Source of the DNA: Octopus sinensis
Lineage: Eukaryota
Reading direction: 5' to 3'
NCBI RefSeq assembly: GCF_006345805.1
Contig: NC_043012.1
Coordinates: forward strand, 53,444,001 to 53,508,000
DNA: 64,000 nt
A program made the position numbers and the translations under genes. Position 1 is the first letter of the stretch; each line of letters begins with the position of its first letter. Positions 11,061-24,248 of this stretch are shown in pieces. Under the pieces are notes generated by a model. It searched no databases, had not been told where the DNA came from, and worked only from the letters and a program-made list of their open reading frames with translations.

Positions 11061-13010
11061 TGTTTCTTTATTAGCCACACAGGGCTGCACACAGACAGGA
11101 CAAAATTACAAGGTAGAGCTTTTCTTTTGGGGGTAAAAGAAAGGGGTTTGGTTTTCGATCAAAAGAGATCGTAAATGGAAAGAAAGAGGACAAAAAAGGA
11201 GGGGATAAAATTTAATTTTAAAAAAGGGGGGGAGGAAAAAATTTGATCAATAGGGATCGTTATCACAGAAATGTCAATATGAAGTGTAAAGGGGAGGACA
11301 GGTGAGGTTTACCCGTGGAAAGAAAAGACCACGGTAACCTCGGTCAATGAAGTCACATGTTATATTTCTTTTTTTTTTGCAAATAAGCAACTCTCTGTAT
11401 TAATTTTACGGTTCATAGAATCATAGTCAAGGTGGCTTCGTCATTCATACGTGCCATCCTTGCTACATTCACCCATCTTTTTTTAAAACATTCATTAGAC
11501 AAAACTTGCCTCTCTACTCTCACTTTCCTCTTCAAGTGATACTTGAAGAAGTTGATGAGAGATTGACCAGAGAGGAAAGTGTTTGTCTCTAATCCTTTCA
11601 GGCGCGTCCACCAGATACATTCTTTCGCCATAGCCACAAGTATGATAAAAATAGCTCTTCCTTCCCGTTTGAAGGAAGGAGGCGTGACGATATTAACGAT
11701 AGACTCGGCTGATAAACCGACACGTCCCACACGTGACAGCAGTCGTTCGACATAAGCCCACAGGTCGGAGATTGTTGGACACTGCACGATTGTGTGCAGA
11801 GCGGTTTCGTCGCTCTGCCCGCATCTCGGGCAGGTCGGCCCCGTATTTCTCGAGCCATGCCTATGGAGCTTATCCCGAACGGGTAGCGCTTCCCGGTAGC
11901 ACCGCCAGGCCAGGGATCTCTGGAAGTTGTCCATAGGTCCCGGCCCGAAAGTCGTTTCAAACAGGCGGGTCAGGTATTTCTCGTCGACGCCCAAGTTTGC
12001 CCCAAGATCGTCGTCGTACCTCCCCTCCACTAATTCCCTATAGAATGCTTTGGTTGTGTTGAAGTCACTCAAGGTCGACCCGGGACGGCAGAGTTGCTTG
12101 AGAGCAACGCGACACTCGCGGTGCCATTCGCCCTTCCTCGGCCTCTTTTTGATCCACGACTGCAGTTCGGTCATGGAGACGAGCTGCGGGAACGCGTGCC
12201 TCACAAACGGCGACCACACCTGTTCGCCGTCGTCTACATCGGAGATGTCGCAGTCTCAGCGCGTGTCTGCGCATCATCAACCATGGCATACCCAGCCCTC
12301 CTTTTAACGGGTGTTGACAGCAAATGGATCGCCTGACCATCGGGACGCATCCTTTCCACAAGAAGCGGAAGAGAATGCGTTCTAGTTTGGTGATGGTAGG
12401 GTCAGGACAAGGTACGACGGTCAGTTTTAGGGACAGTTTCCTCTCGGTCCATTGCTGGGCGAGAGTGACCACCCTACTCGTTATCTCGTTCCAGTTCTTC
12501 TCCATTTGGAGGTCCGGACCGAACCAGACCCCGAGCAACTCAACCGGGCCGTCTGTCCAGCGTCCCAAGACGGAGGTACTGATGGACGGCATGGGCTTGC
12601 TTCTCCAGGTGCCGAGCCGCAAGCCCACTGACTTTTCCCGGTTAATTTTCGCTCCTGTCACCGCTTCGTAGTCTTTCAGTGTCTCGCCGACCAGCTCGAT
12701 GTGTTCGTTGCTTGACACTATGACGGTGACGTCGTCCGCGTATGCAGACACGCTCGTTCCGCATCCCAATTCTCGCGGGATGCCCCTCAGAGTCGCCAGC
12801 TTCCGCAGTAGTGGCTCAAGAGTCAATACGTATAGAAGCGCCGAGAGGGGGCATCCCTGACGGACCGGACATGCAATGTCGAAAGGTCTCGATAGATGTC
12901 CATTTACGCGAATTACCGAACGGATGCCTCTGTACAAGGCAGCTATCCAGCTGCGGAAGACGGGACCGAAACCAGCCGCTCTCAGGACTGCCTCCAAGTA
13001 TCGATGGTCT
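11061..13010 (-). mobile_element. 5'-truncated L1/Tx1-clade non-LTR retrotransposon
   Basis: RT motifs VRQGCPLS and YADD, C-terminal CPRC..HTIVQC zinc knuckle, ~350 bp 3' UTR with AATAAA at 11067-11072. Confidence 0.92.
11413..13009 (-). pseudogene. Tx1/L1 ORF2 remnant (RT plus zf-RVT), frameshifted near 12230
   Basis: ORF-track 12065-12997 (SAYADDVTV) continues as 11413-12219 (CPRCGQSDETALHTIVQCP). Confidence 0.9.
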
Positions 13011-13845
13011 AGATATACATATTTAAATGTATATATGTATATATATATAAATGTATGTAGAAACGTAAAAAAGAGCCAATTGCGAGAAGACTTTTACATT
13101 AAACGATAATAGACTCAGATTTTTTGAGAAAGAAGTTGTTGCCACCAACCTGTTTGTTGTCTTCGTAAACAAATAATGTGAGTTATCGTTGAGCAACTGA
13201 ACTGAAAGAAAAACAAGTGTGAATCAAACCCCGATCTGAGTCTCATATAACCGGGAAGCTCACAACTTCTCTAAGTGTTTGTATCTTAAAACAGTCCCTT
13301 GCAATTTCACTTAAGAAAAATTTATGCCATTTCACTTGGCAAACTACTCCCTAAGTACTCTCAGTGAACAATTGATAATTCAAACATCTCTGAAAATTTC
13401 GTTGCATTAGGTTTTTTAAACTGCTTCTCAAATGACAAAGTTTCAATTCTATACAATCTTAATTATATTAACACTCCTAAAATGTAATACTTAAAACCTA
13501 AACTGAAATTTTAACAACGAACCTAGCAGCGTGGGAAAATAAAAACATCCTTGGCACTAATAAGAAACAGCACAACTCAGTCCAAACTGTTTCGAATTAT
13601 GACAACTCTCGAATATATCAAAAACATTCAACAGAATATGCTGTATTGCTTTCAATGCGCAACGGGAACTTAATTATCCACCAGATTTGTGTAACCCTCT
13701 GAACAGAAGAGGTCGGTATAACCTTCAGAAATTTCAGTCTTACCGGGTGGTAAGGTTTCGAATGAAGTGACAAGTATTTTCATTAGTTATATAACTTTAT
13801 AACATGGATCTCCGTCATATTGGTTTCAAATTTTGGCACAAGGCC

Positions 13846-14030
13846 AGCAATTTCAGGGAAGGGGACAAGTCGATTATCTCCACCCCTGTGTTTAAATAAT
13901 GCATATTTTTTCGACTTCCAAAAAAAACGAAACTCTAGGTCGACCACGGGGGAATTTGAACTCAACGTAAAAAGAGGCGAAAGGCCGCTAAGCAATTTTT
14001 CCGGTGTGCTAACGATTTTACCAGTTCGCT
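13846..14030 (-). mobile_element. SINE family B variant (alternative tail)
   Basis: Reverse complement of the head plus gagttcaaattcc B-box and aaattgctggccttgtgccaaaatttgaaacc tail. Confidence 0.65.
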
Positions 14031-14478
14031 ATCTTATGAAGCTCAGTCATATCAATTGTGGATCATACCTGATACAGTTATATAAACACTATATATACAT
14101 CATATAGTTATATATATTTCATAACATGGAGTCGCTTCAGATTAGACTATGGGTCTTCACTTGATCGTTCAACTGAGCCCTCTGCTCATTGAAGTAGTTT
14201 GTATCTAAGCATTCCACAGATACATGTGCGCCCACTCATGTTATATCCAGGCTAGGTTAAGACGAAATCATCGTCAGCGGGAATCAATGTGTTGATGATA
14301 TCTGACTGCCTGATTTCTCTAACAAGAGTTGGGTCAACCCGAGGCCAAAGGAAAAATACATGCCCCAATATTACTTTATATTGTTAAACATAACTATTAG
14401 TTTATTCGTCCGGGCTTAAAATCCTTACATGTTTTAAAAAAGAGATATGGGAATAGATGGTACTTATATATATTTTAA

Positions 14479-14899
14479 GGCGGTGAGCTGGCAGAAACGT
14501 TAGCACGCCGGGCGAAATGCATAGCCGTATTTCGTCTGCCGCTACGTTCTGAGTTCAAATTCCGCCGAGGTCGACTTTGCCTTTCTCCCATTCGGGGTCG
14601 ATTAAATAAGTACCAGTTACGCACTGGGGTCGATATAATCGACTTAATCCGTTTGTCTGTTCTTGTTTGTCCTCTCTGTGTTAGCCCCTTGTGGGTAGTA
14701 AATAAATAGGTATTTCGTCCGCCATTACGTTCTGAGTTCAAATTCCGCCTAGGTCGACTTTGCCTTACATCCTTTCGGGGTCGATTAAATAAGTACCAGT
14801 TACGCACTAGAGTCGATATAATCGACTTAATCCGTGTGTCTGTCCATGTTTGTCCTCTCTGTATTTAGCCCCTTGTGGGTAGTAAAGAAATAGGTATTT
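14479..14899 (+). mobile_element. SINE family B dimer
   Basis: Head ggcggtgagctggcagaaacg; second body unit starts at 14709 (ggtatttcgtcc); ends gaaataggtattt. Confidence 0.88.
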
Positions 14900-15557
14900 A
14901 TATATTTTTGACTGTCGCTATTTGTGGGGTTCCCTTTTCTGTTTATATTGCAGTGTTGTTGTCGTTATCATTGCTTAGCTATATGTACAGGTCATTCCAA
15001 ATCAGCCGTAACTATTCCGTCTTTTCATATACCATTTTTCTTTCGCAATATTATCTACTATGTGCATCTCCCTTTTAGAGACGAATGGTGTGATACAACA
15101 GGGATTTGACTTCTATTTCTAACATTTTCAGTAACCATAGACAGGCGCCCCTCACTGCATCGGTTTCAAAAAGACTAAAGGCGTTGATAAAAGATGACCT
15201 CAAATGAATATCAAAACAGCGAAACTTTACTCTTATCATATCATATCATATCAATATCATATCATGATCATATTCTTATCGTCATTAGAGCAACAGGAGG
15301 CAAAAACAATACACCGCTCAACAAAATACATAGGAACGTTTAATAAGGCACTTTTCCGTTCTGAATTCAAATCCAGGCACAGGGAAATTTAACTTTGTGT
15401 TTTATTCTGCGAAGATCTAGAATATAACAACATATGAATACTGGGCTAGATTCTAACCTCTATACCCGGACTCCTTAACTGCATGGAAGTTTGTCTGTTT
15501 TAAAGCCGATGTCTATTTATGTGCGTGTTAATTATTGCTATTACGCAAAGCGAAATA

Positions 15558-15760
15558 GGCGGCGAGCTGGCAGAACCGTGAGCACGCCTTACAAAATACT
15601 TAGCGGCATCTCCTTCCTCTTTACGTTCTGAGTTCAAATTCCGTCGAGGTCGACCTTACTTTTCATTTTTTCGGAATCGATAAAATAACTACCAGTGGAA
15701 CACCGGGGTCGATGTAATTGACTTACCCCGCTCCCGAGATTGCTGGCCTTGTGCTGGTAT
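15558..15760 (+). mobile_element. SINE family B variant
   Basis: ggcggcgagctggcagaacc head, B-box gagttcaaattcc, tail gatgtaattgacttacccc..gctggccttgtg. Confidence 0.75.
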
Positions 15761-15919
15761 TATTCAGGACAGCAGATGAGAGAATCATGAAAGCAACAGA
15801 GGAAAATATTTTCTAGTATCTAAGTGCATTCCACTTACGTTGACGGTTTTTATATGTACCAGTCATATACTGAGATAAAATTAATCGACTGTATTCCTTG
15901 AGAAAATAATTGAAGCGCA

Positions 15920-16345
15920 TCTTTTATCCATTACATGTTTTAGTCATTGATCTGCGGCCGTGAATGAAGCACGAACCTATAGGTTTTACTTGAGCAAATT
16001 GAACCAATTGCTTATTTCTCAAGTCTGGAACTTATTCTATCATTTTCTTTCCCCCAAACTGCTACGTAACGAGGAGATAAACAAGCCAACACCGGTAGGC
16101 AAGTAATGTGGCAGGGACAAATTCAAACACAAAGAAACGCAGACACGCAAATACCAAGGGTTTCCACTCAGCCTCCATCTACTAAATTCATTCAGAAGGC
16201 ACTGTTAGCTCGAAGCTCGTGTTGTTGCACGATGGATCTGAATCTGAAACCATGTGGTTGCAAAATGAGCCTGGAAAAAAAATGCTTAGTACTGAGCACG
16301 ATTTATTCTACAAAACTCTTCAAGGTCGAGCTCCAGCATGACCGC
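15920..16345 (-). mobile_element. SINE family A, diverged
   Basis: Tail cagtcatt..ctgcggcc and head-half motifs in family A order. Confidence 0.55.
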
Positions 16346-16984
16346 GGTCCAACGACTGAAATAAAATAATAATAAAAGAATATAAGAAATTCTATCTTAT
16401 TATATATAATTTGATTCTGGTGCCTTAAATTTAAACAACCTAAGAAATATATCTCCCAGACTGGTGAGTAACATAAGAAGTGTTAATATAAGCAAGTTCT
16501 ATGTATGTCAAAAAATATCTCGTTACTTTCACATGACATAAATTAAATTGAATTTTTTTATTCAGTAAGCAGGAAAAAAAATCACGTTAAATAAAATTTC
16601 ACTCACGAATTGAAGAACATGATTTTTTTTCTGTTTTACGCGGGAAACTACAGTCTTGTTTATTATTGTGGTTGTCGCACTAAGGGCCTACTTATTACTG
16701 AGGACCGTAGGGAATCGGTTAAAAGAATTTTCGTGCACATGTACGAGATCTAGAGCAGGTCAGTTTGGTAGGGCTCCCGTTTAAGCTATACACCACGTGG
16801 TGGGTGGTTGAGCGGGATGGTGACGGTGGTGATGCTTTTGGTACTGGTTTGATGGTGTTGATGATAGTGAGATGTTGTCGTGTTGGAGGAGAGGGGTTAA
16901 CATAGCAGTGTGAATCAACGGAAAACCGTTTCCACGTAATGTGTGTGTATGTGTTTGTATGGGTGCGTAGTTAAATAGATAGTT

Positions 16985-17019
<35 letters not shown>

Positions 17020-17039
17020 AAGAGAGAGCGAGAGAGATT

Positions 17040-17092
<53 letters not shown>

Positions 17093-17244
17093 TTACATAC
17101 CACTTTCACATGACGTAACAAAAAGCAAAAAGAGCAAATTGTCTGAGCTGTCTAAAATATGTATGCATGTACGCTTGCACGTATTTATGTATGTATGTAT
17201 GTATATATGTATATCTATGTATATGTACATATGTGAGTGCGTGC

Positions 17245-17316
<72 letters not shown>

Positions 17317-17479
17317 TATATATATATACATAGTAGAGTAAGAGATCACAGACGATTCCAATCCAGGTTCGGCATTTTGTGGTACCTCTTGTCGTTGTTG
17401 TTACTGTTGTTGTTGTTGCTACTGCTGCTCTGTTGCTGTTGTTTTTGTCGTAGTTACTACTGCTGCTGCAGCTGGTGGT

Positions 17480-17608
17480 AGTGATGATGATAACGATGAT
17501 GATGACGATGATGATGATGATGATGAGGATGATGATGAGGATGAGGATGATGATGACGACGACGACGACGACGATGACGACGACGACGATGACGACGACG
17601 ACGACGAC

Positions 17609-17667
<59 letters not shown>

Positions 17668-17676
17668 CGATGATGC
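17480..17676 (+). repeat. Compound (GAT)n/(GAC)n microsatellite
   Basis: Direct reading; source of the poly-S and poly-M/T ORF-track artefacts. Confidence 0.95.
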
Positions 17677-17842
17677 TAATCTCGGCATCTGTTTCTCGTC
17701 ACAAGAATTTCCTTTAAAAAGCGTTAAGAAAAAGAAAAGAAAGAGAAAGGCAGAAGAAAAGCCAAGCTTTTAACAACTGCATTTCTCCCTACATCAACAG
17801 AACAAGAAGTTTATTGGATATGAAACTTCTACAACCAATTCA

Positions 17843-17878
<36 letters not shown>

Positions 17879-18349
17879 CTCTCCAACGTATTTCTTGATG
17901 GATTAGTCAATTGGGTTTATCAACTCAATTCGGCTATTCATTGTTGCTAATGAACGCATTCACTTTTCGTTTTATAACTGAAGACGTTTGCAAAATTTGA
18001 TCACGACGTTTAAGTTGCATGTACGGAATGACTTCACAGCTCAATTTAAAAAGAACATTTCCTCATCTCGTATCTTTTAGTTTTTACCTATTCAGCCATT
18101 TGACTGCGGCCATGCTGAGGCACAGCCTTGGAAAATATTTTAATCGAATGCATCAACCCCAGTACTTGGTGATTTTTAAAAACCTTGTTCTTATTCAATC
18201 GCTTCCCAAGAATGGATATCCGAAAATTCACATGATCACAACATCCCCAGTATATGACTGATACATATAAAAACCGTCAACGTAAGTGGAATGCACTTAG
18301 ATACTAGAAAATATTTTTTTCTCTGTTGCTTTCATGATTCTCTCATCTG

Positions 18350-18600
18350 CTGTCCTGAATAATACCAGCACAAGGCCAGCAATTGTGGTCCTATTTCTCC
18401 AGACCACAATCTACTGGACAACAATGTATGGAACATCGTTGAGAAAAATGTCAATGAACACCCATTGCACCAAAGATTTTTCGAAAGCTGCCATATTGAG
18501 TCATGTCCGATATGACCAAGGACCACTTAATCCGAGCTTGTAAACGATTTTGACCCCGTGTAGAGGTAGTTATTAATGCTTATGGTGGTTTTATTGAATG
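18350..18600 (+). pseudogene. Tc1/mariner transposase C-terminal remnant
   Basis: SPDHNLLDNNVWNIVEKNVNEHP...DHLIRACKRF*PRVEVVINAYGGFIE*; homologous to 44215-44810. Confidence 0.7.
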
Positions 18601-18744
18601 AAGTTATTCAATTAATAATTTAGCTTTATCATTATGTTTTTATTATAAAAAATAGTTTTTCTTGTCTGTTATATAAGCATTTTTTAAAAGCCTTAAATCT
18701 GTCCACAAATACCGTCCGCACCCTACATATGCTCTTTTTTCTTT

Positions 18745-18991
18745 TTCTTTTATTCTTTTATTCTTTTATTTGTTTCAATCATTTGACTGCGGCCATTCTG
18801 AAGCACCACCATTAGTAGAACAAATCGATCACAGGACTTAATCTTTGTAAGCCTAGTACTTATTCTATCGATCTCTCTGCCGAACTGGTAAGTTACGGGG
18901 ACATAAACACACCAACATCGGTTGACAAGCAACGGTGGAGGGACAGACACAGACACACCAACACACACACGCATATATATATGTTTATATA

Positions 18992-19035
<44 letters not shown>

Positions 19036-19178
19036 GACAGGCTTCTTTCAATGTCCATCTACCAATTGCACTCACAAGGCTTGGACGGACCGAGGCTATT
19101 GTAGAAAACACTTGCCCAAGGTGCCACGCAGTGGGAATGAACCCGAAATTATGTGGTTGGTAACCAGTCCTACGCCTA
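18745..19178 (-). mobile_element. SINE family A, full length
   Basis: Head, internal (TA)n(TG)n tract and ttttatt-type tail; matches 26450-26843. Confidence 0.85.
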
Positions 19179-19207
19179 TGTATGTATGTATGTATATATT
19201 ATATATA

Positions 19208-19256
<49 letters not shown>

Positions 19257-19661
19257 TGTGTGTGTGTGCATAGAGAGAGAGAGAGAAAGTGAGAGTCCTG
19301 CGCAATGTGTTACCAAATAGGAAAACTATAATTGCCACTAAATGTGAGTAAGGGTATTTTAGTATATGTATACATGACGAGGTTCACTTTCCGTCTACCT
19401 GATCCACTCACGTGGCTTTCGTCGGTCCGAAGCTATAGTAGAAGGCACCATGCAGTGCGACTGAACCCGGAACCATTTGGCTGGGAAGCAAACGTCTTCT
19501 ACATAGCCACTTTTTTTTTTATGGAAATACGCACTTGAATATTTAGCCAACGTTCATCAATAATTCTGGGATGTTATTAAATGATAAACCATTTTTATAC
19601 TTTAACTCTCAATATCAATAAAATAATCTTCCAGTCATTTGACTTCATATCCTTTGTCTAG

Positions 19662-20040
19662 CTTACTCTTTTACTGGTTTCAGTCATTTGACTGTAGCCA
19701 TACTGGAGCACTGCCTTTAGTCTAGCAAAATCGATCCCAGGACATTCTTTGTAAGCCTAGTACTTATTCTATCGGTCTCTTTTGCCGAACCGCTACGTTA
19801 CGGGGACCTAAACACACCAGCATCAAGCGATGTTGGGGAGACACAGACACACAAACATGCACACACACACATATACGACGGACTTCTTTCAGTTTCCGTC
19901 TACCAAATCCATTAACAAGGCTTTGGCCGATCTAAGGCTATAGTAGAAGACACTTGCCCACGGTGCCACGCAGTGGGACTGAACCCAGAACTATGTGGTT
20001 CGTAAGCAAGCTACTTACCTCACAGCCACTCCTACGCCTA
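19662..20040 (-). mobile_element. SINE family A, full length
   Basis: A-box tggctgtgagg and B-box ggttcagtccc on minus strand; full body. Confidence 0.88.
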
Positions 20041-20391
20041 TGAATACTTTGAAATAATTGTTACCAAATCTCTTGCATTTCATGATCATTTATTAAAGAA
20101 GACCAAACGTTGGCTTAATGATGATGTAATTTAGCCCAAGGTCTCTTCATGTCGAAGGCAATTACAAGTATCGACCACTCACAAATACTGAATCGTTATA
20201 GCTTTGTAAATACTTATTCACTTCGTAATATGGCAGATCTCCGTAGTTTTATTCTCATCAATAAACTTTACTGCAAAATACATCTGAAAGCTGTATATTA
20301 CCAGATTCATTGCACAGTGGCAAGCAACACGCGATACACAGCATTACAATATAATGGATTCTTATTCCCGATTGTATGCATTTTATTTTAC

Positions 20392-21112
20392 CGTTTATCT
20401 TTTACTCGTGTCAGTCATTAGACTGCAGCCATACTGGGGCAGTACCTTGAAGATTTTAGTCGAACAAATCATCCTCAGTATTTTTTTCAAAGTCTGGTAC
20501 ATATTCTTCGACGAATATTTGTCCTCATCTTGTTTGTTGTTAACACAACGTTTCGGCTGATATACCCCCCAGCCTTCTTGAGGTGTCTTGGAGAAATTTC
20601 GAATCTGGGTTTCCCAAGACACCCGAAGAAGGCTGGAGGGTATATCAGCCGAAACATTGTGTTAACAACAAACAAAATGAGGACAGATATCCGCCGAATG
20701 TAAATAATCTAATTAATGTATATAACTCCTCGTCTCTTAAATACAGAACTCTGATACATATTCTATTTGTCCTTTTGCCAAACCACAAAGTGGCGTAGAT
20801 ATAAGCACGGTAACACCGGATACCAAGCATTGGGGGGGGGGAAAACACAGAAACAGAGACACGCATACATACACACGCACTACACGCCAATACACACACA
20901 TATACATACACACACACATACACACACATACACACACGACACAAACACAAATATATATATACGACGGGCTTCTTTCAGTTTCCTTCTACTAAATCCACCC
21001 ACAAGGCTTTGGTCAGCCCTATGATACATCTAAAGACACACTTGCCCAAGTCGCCACATATTGGGACTGAACCCGGAACCATACTGTCCGGAACCAACTA
21101 CTCCTGCAAGAT
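20392..21112 (-). mobile_element. SINE family A interrupted by a fold-back PLE mini-element
   Basis: Tail part 20392-20507 resumes at 20750 in family A register. Confidence 0.7.
20508..20749. mobile_element. Non-autonomous fold-back PLE pseudo-LTR with two hammerhead motifs and a 15 bp TSD
   Basis: ~95 bp inverted arms; TSD tctg(g/a)tacatattct at 20493-20507 and 20750-20764. Confidence 0.8.
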
Positions 21113-21645
21113 TACTCTTTCTGTGACGAATTCCGTCATCACTTTTCAAAGTGTGATGGATTACATATTTATTAGCAATTATATTAAATAAGGAACGGCG
21201 GTGCATCAACATGGCCGCAGCTTTGAGCTGAAACTACAGAAAAGAGGTGACGATGTGTGACCAATTGGTTAGGATGTTCGACTCACTATCATAATGTTGC
21301 TGGTTCAATTTCTGGACAGAGCAGCAAGATGTGTCCTTGAGCAAAGCACCTTATTTCACACAAATCCGCTAAAAATGAATGCGTGTCAGCCGAGTGCTGG
21401 TGCAGTCTCTTTTCCTCCACCAATATGTCACTGGATATGTCACTGAGACATATTCTGTGGTTGCTAGAATATACATACAAAACTAAAAGAATGAGGGAAA
21501 GCATGGTACCTTATACCAAGCCATTTCTTTTTCGCGATAGCTGTGACTAATAACAGTGTAATACGAGTTTTGTCTTAGGGTAGCAACTGTTATTTTATAG
21601 TTGCTTACCCTAGAAAGTATGAAAAATTACGTTGATTTCGTTATA

Positions 21646-21830
21646 TTTATTCAAACCCCAAAGAATCCCTCTCAATACATGGCAATGATTCCCTCCTCCC
21701 TTACTCCTGCTCATGATCAGAGATGCACGTATTATCAGCCACTAAAAGATAAGCTCAAGTGATTAAGGTCCAGCAACTGACAAGCAAATCTGTGGTATTG
21801 AGCAAAATATTTGCTATAATGATATTTCTG
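21646..21830 (+). mobile_element. Partial copy of the (TAA)n-associated element
   Basis: ttattcaaaccccaaagaatccctctcaa...gagcaaaatatttgct matches 4853-5025. Confidence 0.75.
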
Positions 21831-24248
21831 CTTCAGCAACTCAGCACTGAACCTGTCTGAAATGTAAATGAAAAATAGGTCAGTTTCAAAACATTGATTT
21901 CTAGGTGACAAAAGCAAAGTATGAAGAGAATAGTAGTCATTTCGTTTGATTTCTAAATAGAAGCAAATAGGAAATAACACTTACTGACCAAAGACAATAA
22001 ATAAACAAATAAATAAATAAATGAAATTTTGTTACACATTGTAATATATATCTAACAAAGGAATACATGCCTATCTCTGTGAATGGTGTTGTAGTTGAAA
22101 AACAAAATGGGAACTTGACGCAAATCTAGTCATTCCCACATGAACATTATATTGAAAAGGGACAAATGCCTACTCCACTAAACACCCATTTGTTACAAAG
22201 GATAGAAAATAGAAAATAATTCCGTAAACAATGAAACTCCGTCATTGATCACTCGATGCCTAACAAAGCTAAATGTCTGCAGTGAACACAAGATTTGTTT
22301 AATTTCAATTCTACTCGAAGTAATTTAATACCTAAGTTTCAATTTTTCATTGCAAATGACTCCTAGGTACTATTCACTTGCTTAAAACTGTAGTAAACTC
22401 TTTCTTACTGGACATCCTGATTGATGCTGAAACTGCTGATTCTGGGAACTACAATCTCCACTGCTGTTTCTCATCCTAAACAAAATCCCCCATCAATTAC
22501 AAAAGAAAACAGACTATGATTAACAAAGATTAATAAAGGGATAATTAGTTATAGAATTTTAACATTCTTCGTTGGTGAATAGACTTATTAGACAGTAAGC
22601 ACAGCTTCCGAAACGTAGCATACACGCAGATGTTCCTACTAGCTCTTTCCCTGTAATATCTCCTGAAATTACAAATTTGCATAAATTTTCGTATCATATC
22701 AAAGCAACTCGATTATGACAGAAGAGAACTTGTCTGTTTCTGTAGAATATATTAAAAGATTTGATAAATGCAACACGTGCTCGTTATTAAACTCACGACT
22801 CTACTTCCTCCTAAAGTTAACTTTAATAAGTTCAGACACCCAGTTGCTCGTCTTAGCGTTCATTTTAAAGGCCTTCTAACAGTGACTACTACTTACTACT
22901 AATTAATGGAATAATCAAGCATTTCGTTACATTTCTGTATTCAGGTATGACTATTCCTATAATAAGCTACTGTTTTCAAAATATAGTTTTCATGTTTGGT
23001 GCCTCAGCTTTCTGCTGAGACAAAGGAGCTCTGTCTACATTTCTAAACACTTTTATTAATTAATTTTTTTTAGTTTGAATTTGATTTTTTTTTATTTGGA
23101 GAACTAATTTTCTTCAGACTAAAGCAAAACCATGCCATACTGTTGGTGAACAGTCAAATATAACGTCTAGATGGAATTCTTTGGAGAAGAACTATAATTG
23201 TCCCGCGTACAAAAATGTTTCCAGGAAAAAAAAAATTGAGTTTCGTTTTGTGGGGAATTATTCCATGCTTTGAAGTCCTTGCTTAACACTTCGACTAATC
23301 AGTGCTAAGTGTCGGACATGCAGAAATTTAGATGAACCAATATAATTTTCGCGATAAATATAAACTGAAGGTCAATCCTGTTCAGTAAATTGATGTTAAT
23401 CCTCATTATAATCGTATGAAACACCCAGATAGATAAGCTGACATTGTCCCAACTGAAGATATAATCCCGTCTCGAAGCCCGAAACACTGAGAAATTCAAT
23501 AAAGCTCTTGTTCTTCTGAATATAAACACTTCTTAGTGATTACCACACTGTCGACTTTGTGAAAAGTCCAGTCCAAGCAAGCATTGAATCAGCTCGACGG
23601 ACTCTTTGTCGATGATATAATTTTTCACACTAACATCATGGGAATCTGAAGTCAACAAGCATGTGACGGAGAGGAGTCTTTTTTTATCGCTCCAGTTACT
23701 AAAGATAAATCAGTGCTCCATCTTTGTATTACTAAATCACTCAAGAATGACTCCAAAATCCCTAGACATACTAAACGATTATAGCACTAGTGACCACTAC
23801 AAAACTACAGCTTCCCGTCCACGTAAATTGTATATGGTTGGCCGCCAGCCGTTCGTAATGAATTCAGATGTTTACACTTGTGCGTTTAATACTGTAGCTG
23901 AAAATTTAATAAATTGATTCCCTTTTCAGCAATTCTTTCTCCTCAGATCAAAGCAGACCTATACTTATACTAAAAGACCTTCGTGGCATGACGGCTACAC
24001 ATTTTATTTCTTTATAATGAATCTATGAATACACCATCCAATGTGTCATTTCTTTCTTCTTAAAAGTGGTGATATCGAGTGTTAGCAGCTATTTTGTAGC
24101 AGGGTGGATGGCCACTATACGATTTCAGTATTCTGGTGAGTCGAAGTTCATCTAGCTCCTTTTAATAAGAACCACAACCTATAAGAACGCTTACCACGAA
24201 AGACGTGTATGTAAAGCAAAAGCAAATTCTGTTTCTGTTCAAAATACA

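Noticed and set aside
16698-16730. CTGAGGA-CCG..CGG hammerhead-like start
   Set aside because: No GAAA after stem II.
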